This document shows, piece after piece, positions 12,557 to 22,834 of a stretch of 64,000 nt of DNA. The DNA lies in assembly GCF_048593235.1 (NCBI RefSeq), contig NC_133619.1, forward strand, positions 604,354,558 to 604,418,557, read 5' to 3'. The position numbers and the translations under genes are program-made. Position 1 is the first letter of the stretch. Each line of letters opens with the position of its first letter. The notes below the pieces were generated by a model. That model had not been told where the DNA came from. It did not search any database and worked only from the letters and a program-made list of their open reading frames with translations. Source of the stretch: Sminthopsis crassicaudata (lineage: Eukaryota).

Positions 12557-15049
12557 TTATAGAGGTTAGAAACTATGAAAGTAGAATACAGCACAGTAAA
12601 TCAGCTTTATTTTTTGTTTTATATATTTTTATGTGCTGTTTTTATCTCTTTTTAATTATTTGTTACAAGAATGCTTGTCTGGGAGGGGGGGAAAGAGAAT
12701 TATATTGAGAAATAAAAGTGATAACCCAAAATACATTAATACAATTTTAAATTAAGAAAAATAAGGGGCAAGGAGAAAGTAAAAAAAATCAATTGTGGGG
12801 AAAGGGAAGGGGTGGGGAAAGGAAAGAGACAGACATAGTGGTTTGTTAGCAGGGACTAGTAAAGAGAGTTGATAAATTGTTTTTTCCCTTCTTCCCTTTT
12901 CCTCAGAAAAGGGAACTCCAAGTTCTCTTCCTCCTTGCTAGATACTACCTTCTAGGGTTCCCCACAAACATATGCTTCCTTGTCCTCTAACTGTAAGCCC
13001 TGGATGGTTCTCCACTCATACCATGGATCTTAGAAAAGGGACATAAATTCCAGAGAATTTTTCCCTCCTCAGGCCATCAGAAATCAGCTTTGGGAAATCC
13101 CAGCTTCTTGCTATTAGGGTACTATAATTCAATTCAACAAATACATCTTAAGCATCTACTATATTACATACAAGACACTTTAAGATAACAGGGAAAACAT
13201 CAAATTAGTTTCTGCCTGTCAGCCAATAACTTATATTCTACTGGAGCGCAAATGGTTAAACATATACACAAACTGGATATAAAGATCACTAAAGAGGGAG
13301 AATGGGAAATATAGATGGCAAGAGCCACAGCTTGAGAATCAGAGAGGATTGACATTTGAATGTAGCTGTCTGCTAGATAATGACTATAAGACTCCAAAAG
13401 GAGTGAGATCTTTTCCCTATCTGGGCTTCATTTCTCCTGAACATCAGTCAACAAGCATTTACTAAGATATTCCTTTGTGTCAGGCAGTATATTAAATATG
13501 ATGCAAAGAAAAACAAAATCTGGGTCCCTGCACTCAAAGAGCTCAAAATTTAATGCGAGAAACAATATTCATGAAAGTATGCAGATACATGGAAGGTGAT
13601 ACCAGAGAAAAGGCCCTAGGAAAACAAAACAGGGAAGAGGAAGGGGAAATAGGAAAAGTCTCCTGTATAAGCCTTTCCCTGACCCAGTATACCAAAGGAA
13701 TGAAGGAGTTAGATTAAATGATCTGGGAGGTCCATTCAATCAATCAACCAGCAAGCATTTATTATGTGCTAACTGGGTGTTAGGCACATAAATTAGATAG
13801 AAAATAGAATGTGAAAAAAAGAGTAAATAGGTAATTTTTGGAGGGGAGGCAATTGCAATAGCAGATAGAATGCCAAGAAAGGACTTCCCAGGTAGTTGTA
13901 GATAGGTGGAGGCACTGGAGTTTTAAAGGAGGCTAGGAAATCTAAGAAGAGATGAGGGGAGGGAGTGCATTCCAGGTACGGGGGACAGCCAGCTCAAAGG
14001 CATGGAACAGGGTAGGTTTGGAATGTGACTAGTCAGATTAGAATTCAGGTTATAAAAGGCTTTAAATGCCAGAGGAGTTCATTTTTGATCTTGGATGTAA
14101 TTGGAAACTACTAGAGTTCATTCAACAAGGCTAAATCCTGTGATCCTATAATGTGTCTTCTTCCCTTCTTCCTAGTTCTTTCAGAAAACCTTTTTCAATC
14201 ATTTAATAGTAAATGCAAGTACCTATCCCTCCATTATCAATCCTTCCCAAGAGAGGTGGTTTCAGTCTTAGGCAGAGACAACTTGTTTAAGACTATGGGA
14301 GATCCAGAGAAGGCTTATTCCTGCACATACGACCTTTTCTGGGAATTCTGGAAACCAGAGGACAAGGAGAATTTATAGTTTCCTTTCCCCCTCCCAGGCA
14401 GTAGGATCCTGCCTGGTCACCCTCAGAGAAAGCCCTAGACTATATAGACATTAGATGTTCATTACCAGATCAGTCACTAAGTTCACATATGGTAAAAATG
14501 TACATCATGAACATGGTGCTAAAGAAATAACACTGGACTGGGACTTGTGGCAAGTCACTTAGTTTCTGAAGGCTGTTAGACTGGAAGACCTCTCCATTCA
14601 GGTTTTTCTATGCCCCTGTTTCTCCATCACCTTGAGCAGTCTCTTGATAAATGTATATTAATTCCATGATCCTTCCCAGTTCTGACTTTCTATGTTCTAA
14701 CACTCCATTCAGCCTCAATCAATGTTTGATTCTACGATGGCATGATTGCAAGATTATATGATTGATGACTCATCAATGCAGTTTAATTAGAGTCAACTAG
14801 TGTGGATTCTGCTCTCTGGACACAGAGCCCCACCTGCTCCCCCAAACCTAACTCTTCCCGGAAAGAATGAGGGAAGAAGTGAAAAATCAGTGCAAAAGTT
14901 CAAGAATTCAAGAGGAAAACCACTTTATCCCCTCCCTGGTTCAGTAGCCTGGAGGGAAGGTGAGGGGAAGACTGGAGTTGAGTTTAACTGACTCCTTCAT
15001 TGCAGCCTCACAAAGTTGGGGAAGCTGACCAGTTAGTCTCCAGTCCTAC

Positions 15050-15240
15050 AGAGATTTTAATCTCTTTGTGATCAGATAAAGGGGAGAGAGGGGGAGCATT
15101 GCCTCCCTGCTGGGGAGGGCCATTCAAAGCTGGTTCCTGTAATAAAGTGATTTAATAGATCTAAAGAGGCCAATTCCCTTCTTTCTCCCACAATTACTTC
15201 CTGTGGGTTATTCACATATGTAAATGAGGCAGGAAGGGGG
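15050..15240. promoter_or_regulatory. Candidate intronic enhancer
   Basis: Non-repeat sequence with clustered GATA (AGATAA), TCF/SOX-like (CATTCAAAG, CTTTGT), PBX-HOX-like (TGATTTAAT), ETS (ACTTCCTG) and octamer-like (TATGTAAAT) motifs. Confidence 0.4.
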
Positions 15241-17398
15241 GGCAAAGGAGAAAACTTTAAACTAGAGATGTGGTTGGGGAGGGGATGTATGGGAGTAGAG
15301 TATCGACTAACAATCACTTTGCAATCCCCATCTACCAAAGTCCCCCTAAACCTCCATTGACCAATATATCTTCTCCCCCCATCTCATCATTTCTCCCTTT
15401 CCCTAAGTCATTGCTCCCCAAACTCTCCTGCTCCTCTACTGATTTCCATATCACTCCCCAAATCATTATTCTTTAGGCTTCCTCCTCTTCAGTCCCAACT
15501 GGCTTTCCTCTTGTTCGAAATGGTTTTGGGGGATGTAGCCTGCCAGGATCCTTCCTTATCCCCGCAATGTCCTCTCCTTCCAGCTGCATTCCTGGCCATC
15601 TTTTTAATCACAATTCAAATACCACTCTCTATGATGCTTGATAGAGATCTAGTGTGCTTCTGGAATGATTTTTGATCCAAAACTATACAGGGTATGAATA
15701 CCTCATCTCCCTCACATTGAACTTTAAGCTCCTTGAGGACTGCCTCTTCCTTAATATTTAGCCTAGTGCTTCAAGTGTCCCAAACTAGGCAAGTACAGAG
15801 AAGTCATGTCTAAACTCAAAAACCCTAGGAAATAAACAAACCTGCAGAACTTTAGTTATCTCACATTCACGGTCCTCCAGAACACTGGCTGTTTGTGATG
15901 GTTAGCTAAGCCCATTCTCTCTCCCAATCTTCCCCTCCCCCAAATAGTCCCCAACTCCCCCCTCCTTGGGCTCCAATTCTCAATCCCTTTCATCCCCCCT
16001 CCTCACCTCTAAGCCAAAGATGTAGAGAAAAGATCTCAATCTTTCAAAAGCAACCCCTAAATCTTTGGGCCAGATAGGGTGGGAGTGACAGGGGGAAGGG
16101 AGAGAAGGTCCTAAGGGTGAGCCCAGAATTAAGGTCTAGGTTGCACCACTTCTCATTGGACCAGATGCAACCCTAGGGCACTTCCCCCTAAAAAAGAGAT
16201 AAAGAACCCAGGCCAGGACAATTTAGCTTGTAGGGGGGCAGATAAGAGATCTCTACATTCCCTCTAACTAGGCGTGAGGGAGGCTGCAGACAGACTAGAC
16301 AAATCAAGGGTAGGGCGGATGAGTGAAAGGGTGGGGGAGGTTCAGGAGTCCCAGGCCCCTTCTGTTTGTGTCTTGGAATGTTAGGGCAGCAATTTGAGAG
16401 CCGTCTGGGGCCATAAATGCCAAGTCTGGAAGAATAGATCCAGAGCCTAGACTGCCCTCCCTCCCCCTGGCCCCGCCGAGCTGGGGCGACACTGAATTTC
16501 ACCCCCACCGAGCTGAGCTGCTTGCTTTCACTGAGAACTTGGGGTTGCTCCCGCCTGGAAGAGCAGCCCCAGCCATTGGCTCTAAGCGAATGTCTCTTTC
16601 TTGGTCAGCTCCAAATGCATGAAGCCTCTGAGGCAATGAGTTTGGAGGCTTGGGGCGTGTGTGCAGAGGTTCTACTGGGGGAGGAGGGAAAAGAGTGGAT
16701 ATAATCAGCGTTAAGTCTCCTTTCCCCTCTGCTATCCCTGGCTGCAAATCACAGGGTTTGTCATTTCCACATATCTAGTGGATGGCACCCAAGGGCGGGG
16801 AAATCCGGCTGTTTTAAGTCCCTAGCTCTCCCAGAAGCTCTCCTAGGCCAACTCCGATTAAACATTCCTAGACAAATCCTACAGCCTAGTGCCTGCCAGT
16901 CACTGTAAGTGTTTCCCCCAGCGAGCCCCCTTCCCCCCCAAACTCCTTTGACTTGCTAGCTCACAGTTCACCACCACCATCTCCCACCAGGCTGGACAAA
17001 ACCACCTCAATTTTTGCCACATGGGGTCACCTCCCTGGCCCCCGCCCCCTCCCTGAGAAAGAGGTATAACGTACACGTGGTGAGGCGGCTAAGGAAAAGG
17101 GAAGCTCTGAGGGGTCCACGCTGGAGGGAAGAGATGTGATAGGATTAATTACGGGGCTCGCACCGTGTCCACTATAGAGCACTTTGGGGGCGGCGTGAAC
17201 AGTAGGGAGATTCTCAAAGGAGTGGAGGCGAAATTGAGGGCCTCTCCCTTCGGTCACTGGGGGCGCGGCGAGAGAGAAGGGGGATCAGAACACCTCTCAC
17301 CTGGTGCACAAAGACGTCCACAGGCGGGTCGAGCGCTACGCCCGCGCGGGCGGTCATGGACAGGAAACCGAAGCCCATGCGCACATTAAACCACTTAC

Positions 17399-17488
17399 AG
17401 ATGCCGGCGCCGTGGAGCGGCTGCGGCTCTTCGCCAGCCCGGGCCGAGTCGCCAGTAGCCGCCTCCTCCGCTGTCTTTGCGCAGCTAC
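17399..17488 (-). other. Candidate 90-nt internal exon of an unidentified gene
   Basis: Acceptor CCCCTTTCCCCACCCAG|G and donor TCT|GTAAGT. No further exon recognised in the 17 kb towards the window start. Confidence 0.6.
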
Positions 17489-18277
17489 CTGGGTGGGGAA
17501 AGGGGCCACAGCAACAGCTCAGCTCGGCTCGGCTCGGTCCCGAGCCCGCGCCCCACCTCCCCCCGCAACCTGGACCCTTCTAGGCGGCGCGTGGGAACCC
17601 GGGGGTCTGAGCTTCTAGTCCGGGAGATGGGAGAGCTAGGGAGCTGCTCAGAACCACCCGCCCCTCTCCTTCCTTCCCTCCCACCGAACACAGCAAGTCA
17701 CGAAAATTCTAGATGGCCCCCGAAAGTTTCATCTTCCTCCTGTAACTCCGAACTGTCTCCGCGCTTTCTCCGAGCGGGCGGACCGGCAAATATCCCGGAT
17801 CGCTAGGGGATGGATGCCCCTCCTCTCCCCGCTTGCCCCCGCCCCTGCCGGGAAGCGGCAACCCCAGAGCGCGTGCTGGCCGGACGCCTGGATTCTTGGG
17901 TGCCGCTCTAAGTGGGGTGGGCTCCAGGTCCCTCGGGGTGCCCTGTCCTACGTCCCTCTCTCCCCCTGACCCAAAGATGTTCCCATCCTTGCCCAAGTTC
18001 CCAATCGCGAGACCGAACCTGCGAACTGCTGGTTGGATACAGAGCCCATGATGGTCGGCTCAGCACCCGCGGCCCCGGGCCCCTGGTCCGGCGGCTGCAG
18101 GCCCCAGAAAAAACGTCCGAAGGCAAAGAAGGGATCCGGGAGGAGGCCGCTACATCTCCACCGGCACAAAGGCGGTGGGAGGGCCCACGGCTTTTCAAAG
18201 GCTCCCAAATTCTAAAAGACAATAACCCCCCGCGGGCAGCCCCCTCCTCTCCTCTTCCCTCCCCTCCCCTCCCCCAC

Positions 18278-18390
18278 CTTCAGCTCTGCTCTGCCCGGCT
18301 CTCCCTCGGTCCCTCCTCCCCCCCCCCACCCCATGCCTCGGGCCTCTGACACCTCTGAGCTCTCCTAGCTCTGCACCTGGAGGGCCACTG
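18278..18390 (-). other. Candidate exon 1 of an unidentified gene
   Basis: Downstream of the TATA box and ends in donor AAG|GTGGGG. An alternative acceptor CCAG|G at 18376 would make it a 99-nt internal exon instead. Confidence 0.45.
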
Positions 18391-18670
18391 GACAAACCTC
18401 AGGCCAAGGGGACCCCCTTTTATAACCCCTCCTGGAAATATTGAGAAACCTTGAATTTGGGGTCATTCCCGTTTATAGGTTTAATAGGGGCCGTTAGGGA
18501 AGACGAGACACTTTGAAGGGGGGGTCTCTGGGGGGGTCTTCCTAGGGTCCCCCCTTTCCCCAGCCACGTGACTACACCCCCCCCTCCCATCTCCCGGAGA
18601 GGATAATTACACATTCCTGAGAGTTGGGGGAGGGAGGTGTGAGTCGGAAAGCGTCGACCAATCAGGGACA
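18389..18670 (-). promoter_or_regulatory. Core promoter of a minus-strand gene
   Basis: Minus-strand TATAAAAG at 18424-18417 with an Inr-like TCCAGT ~30-35 nt downstream. E-box 18565-18570, TEAD-like ACATTCCT ~18610, NF-Y GACCAATCAG (CCAAT 18658-18662). Confidence 0.5.
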
Positions 18671-20462
18671 CAAACCACCTGTCAAGGGAGAAATGGATGA
18701 GCCCTCCCCCTCCCTCCCACCGAGTTCCCCTCCCCCTCTCCCCCCCTCCGGCCCCTGGGCTGACCAGCCTGTTTGGCGCTGACCCACAGTCCTTCCTCCA
18801 CCCCCCACCCAAGTTCCCTGCCCCTTCTCTGAAAGGGATGTGGGAGAGAGGGAGGGGTAAGAGAACTGCATACATTGCCTCCTAACTCAGCGCCTAGTGA
18901 CTTGCTTTTTAAGCCTGTCCATTTCTGAGTGTGTTGCTTCATTCAACAAAATTCAGATCTAACACGTGTTCCTCTCAGAGTGTGTCTGTGCTCCTCTCAG
19001 CTTGTTTCTGCTTCCCCTCGCCCTCAGCACCCACGTGAAGCTACCCTCTCCCCATCTACGCAGTCCAGAGGTTTTCAAGTGGAGGTTATAATTCCGGGAT
19101 TTCCCCATCCGCCCACTCTGGAGCAGGAGCCTAATCCCAACATGATCCCGAGGCGGGGAGTGAACTAAGATCCATATATCGTTCCAAGGCCCGCCTCGGT
19201 CTCCTCCTCCACCCTGGGAGCCTGGGATGGGATGCCTCCATAGACTCAGGTGCTGCAGCCTCTGCTCGGTGTCTCCATCCCCGCGTGCAGAAATTGCAAC
19301 CTTCAGGATCCCCCGGGGAAGCAGAATCCCCGGGGTGGAGACTAGGGGAGGCAGGTTACTCCAAGAAGACTGGAGGAATCTTTCCTTTTGGAAGAGAGGA
19401 TGGTGGAAGCGGGAAGCTATCCCAGTTAGAAGAGGAAACCCGGGGACGTGATTTCCCAGTTGGGAGGGGAGGAGGCAGCCAAGCCCGCAGCCCTCCTGGG
19501 GTGTGTAACCAGAAGGAGGGGAATAAGCAAGAAGGTGGCTACGGCCCTGGCCGGTGCTGGACAATGGCCCAGGGCTCTGCGCGCGGCCCCAGCCCTGCCC
19601 CTTCACTTCCGGTACTCAGTTCAAACTGGACAATGCCAGCTCCGGCCAGTTCTCCACCCTCCTTCCCTTCCCCCACCACTCCTGCCCATTTAAAGGGACA
19701 GAGCATCCTTTCCGGGACGTCGCCTTCTTCAGAGTCCCTTCTTCTGCCCACGGGAACCCTTCACCTTCTCTTGTCTGATCCTCACACCCTAAAAGCTCCG
19801 GTTAGAAGTGAGAGGGAGATCACTTCCCCTTTCACCCTCAAGGGGGCGCTTAGAGGAGTACTACGACCGGGGCATTAGAAGGTTGGGAGCGGGCGGCTGG
19901 AGATGATGGTATGGGGAAAAAGTTGGAAAGAACATTTCCTGTGGAGAGCTCAGGCTCTGGAACTATCTCCGAACCTCAGTTTCCTTATCTGTAAAATAAA
20001 GGGATTGGACCAGCATCTAGTCATTAGATGATCTCTAAAAACCTTTCCAGCTGTAACATTCTGTGATTTAATAAATTAAATGGAAAAAAGCTGCACACCC
20101 CAAACTTTCTACAAAAAAAAGATTGATTATCTTTAATAATGTGGACCCACCTTGTCGTTTCCTAGTAATTCCACTCATTTTAAAAATTAATCTCAGATCT
20201 TCAAGCGCTTCTTTGGTGTCAAAGTATTTTCCTTTTCTATCACACACACACACACACACTGTAGAAGAACCTTTGGGTTTTCCTCCCATTTTCAGTAGCC
20301 CTCTTGGTCTCAGATCTCTCTTTTAAAAATAAATAAATAAATAAAATCCTAACTATCTGAGGCGGTTGTGACGACTTTAGCTGAAAGAAGTGAAGGATCT
20401 TCGATATAAGGCCTCTAGGGGCCCAAAGGCCCTTCCTCTTCATTTCCCTTGTCTTACTGCAG

Positions 20463-20810
20463 AGCTGCTTGTTGAAGAGCATTCTGCTAGATCCCAAGAA
20501 TGAATTCGCCTCTGTCCAGGGTGCTGAGTTTGCGTCGTGCCTCTGTCCGTGGTGCTGATCTCTGCCGGTGCTCAGTTCGGCAGCCCAGGCGTTGGTGCAA
20601 TCTTCGATAAGATTCTCATTTTGAATCTGCGCCTTCTCTCCCCCCTTTCGAACACTTTCCTTCCTCTCATACACAAAAACATGTCTCCTCCACGTACCCA
20701 TTCAAACCTGCTAGCTTAGAATTCATTCAGAATCGCATTCTCAACAAGTGTTCATGGCTTCTGCTGGAGGATTTTTCAGAGATTAAAAATAAAAGCCCTC
20801 CACCTCCAGA
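20463..20810 (+). ncRNA. Candidate terminal exon of a divergent lncRNA
   Basis: Acceptor CTTCCTCTTCATTTCCCTTGTCTTACTGCAG| (AG 20461-20462), a CpG-retaining body and AATAAA at 20788-20793. No recognisable ORF. Confidence 0.3.
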
Positions 20811-22209
20811 AACAATTTGTTTCACTGTTGAAAAATGAAACATATTTCAAGCGACCTATTTGATATGCAACGAATGGAAAATTGAGGGATTAAAAAGGGG
20901 AAATGAACCTGGGAGTGGGCTCTCATCCAAAACACAGTACTGGGAAACTGGCAACCAAAGTCCCTTTCTGAACTTGTTTTCTATTTCTGAAAAATGAACT
21001 GAACTATTCTTGTATTCCTGAACTAAGAAGACAGATGAAGTAAGCAGAGAAGTCTAGAACAGAATTCCATCATAATGAAAAATGAATGTCTCTCTGGTTA
21101 AAATGCATAACACTAATTCATCTATTTAGGGAGCCTGGTTCCCGTTTAATTCCTGAAGGGAAAGGAAAAGAGAGTGTGAGAAGAATGATGATAGGTGAAC
21201 AGACACCTGGTTCCATTTATCAGTTACATGATCTTGGTCAGATCATCTTAATTTTCTAATCCTCAGTTTTCTCATCTATAAAATGAATATTTGTACTTAA
21301 AGATTTTTTTTAAGGTTTCTTCTATTTATATTTATTGATAAACAGTAATATTTAATAAATGCTTTTCCATTCTATTCTATTCTTCCATTTCTAACATTCT
21401 GTGACTCCACCAAGATTCAATACTTAGAAGTTGGGTATGGGGATTATGAAGAGATGCGATTTCATACTGAATTTAACTTTCTTCTTTTTCCTCTCCCCTG
21501 CCACAAATAATTGTATTTCATTCCATCTATAAAGGGGGATTATAGAAAGCTCAAACTGAAAAAGACCCTAAAATATAATATGTTACAACAAAGAATAGTA
21601 GAGCTAGAAAAGACCTTATAATATTAAATGTTAGAGATAGAAAGAAAATCATCTTGTCAAACTCAGTCATTCATTTTATATTAAAGGGAATAGATCCAAA
21701 GAGAGGAAGACTTTTCTGAGACTGCACAGAGAGTTGAGTCATTCCCAGTGTTCTCTTTTGAACTCTCTTCCCTTCTTTGTGACTTTCAGGAGATGTAATC
21801 AGAATTAAAGGACCTGCCAAGAGCCATGAGTTGGGTCTTTCAATGGCCTTTCATTTGCAAAATATTTCAAGCTCCTTTAGAACAGTCTAGATTATTATGA
21901 GTGTCAAATGTTGCTTCTCTTCTGTCATATTTGCATATGCGATTATGCACATACCTGTCAATGTGCTTTTGTGTACATATATTTAAGGAAATGTATGTGT
22001 ACCTTGTACATATGTACATGTGTATATGGCTCTCATTTACCCACATTATATTTATTCATGGGTGTGCATATGTAGCATGGACAAAGTTGAATAAAACTGA
22101 CCCTCTGTGAGCTCAATTTCTTCCTCTGTCAGATGAACTGATTGGACAACATGATTTTTAATTGGGCCTGTGCTGCTATTCTGTTATAGTATTGAATGCA
22201 CTCATGTGG

Positions 22210-22520
22210 GGGGGATGGGGAGAGAAAAACAGAGAGAAAGATAGAGAGATATTTGAAAACAGAGGAGAAAGAAGAGAGGGGAGAAAGAAGAAAAGGTGAG
22301 GGGAGAAAGAGAAATGGGGGGAAGAAATGTAAGGGAGAGTGTGAAGAGGAAGGAGAGAGGTAAGAGATAAGGGTAGATATGAAGGGAGGGCATTAAAAGA
22401 AAGAGAGGGATAAATAGAGGAGGGAGAGGGACAGAGAAAAGAGATGAAGGGAAGGGAGAGAGAAAGGAGAAAGAAAAAAGGGGAAAGAGACATAGAGGAA
22501 TGGGAGAAGGGGAGAGAGAT
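22210..22520 (+). repeat. Purine (GA)-rich low-complexity tract
   Basis: ~300 bp almost entirely G/A on the plus strand. Confidence 0.9.
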
Positions 22521-22821
22521 TCCTTCCTAATTATATGGACTTATCTAGGCCTACTGCTGGGTGTGTCAATTTCTCTCACCTCTTTTATTCTGACCCAGAA
22601 AGTGAGACTTCCAGTGCCCAGCTTGAGCTGTGCTGCCCTCTGAGGCCTGTTGAATTGTGCTGAGGGTGAGCCAAAGGATTCCTTCCTGTCTTTTCAGCCC
22701 CATTCTCTATGCTGGCCCCACTTCATGCAGGACACAGGGTACTGGCTTTCACAAATAATGGCTTCATTAGATTGAAAGGAGAAGAGAGTGACCTCAATGA
22801 AATGGACTTCCTGACCCCAGC

Positions 22822-22834
22822 TGACCTTTGACCC
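22822..22834 (-). promoter_or_regulatory. DR1 nuclear-receptor element
   Basis: TGACCTTTGACCC = GGGTCA-A-AGGTCA on the minus strand, a canonical direct repeat spaced by 1. Confidence 0.4.

Larger units (their letters stand above)
16440..19910. promoter_or_regulatory. CpG island / promoter region
   Basis: Sharp rise in GC and CpG against a strongly CpG-depleted background. GC boxes, E-boxes CACGTG (17074-17079, 18565-18570), NF-kB-type GGGATTTCCC (19096-19105) and many G/C tracts. Confidence 0.9.

Noticed and set aside
16188-19878. Many overlapping 60-215 aa ORFs in the CpG island
   Set aside because: Expected in GC-rich sequence with few stop codons. The products are G/P/R-rich with no recognisable homology, and they overlap on both strands.
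22176-22493. Hydrophobic L/S/F/P-rich ORFs resembling membrane peptides
   Set aside because: They are translations of the GA-rich low-complexity tract.
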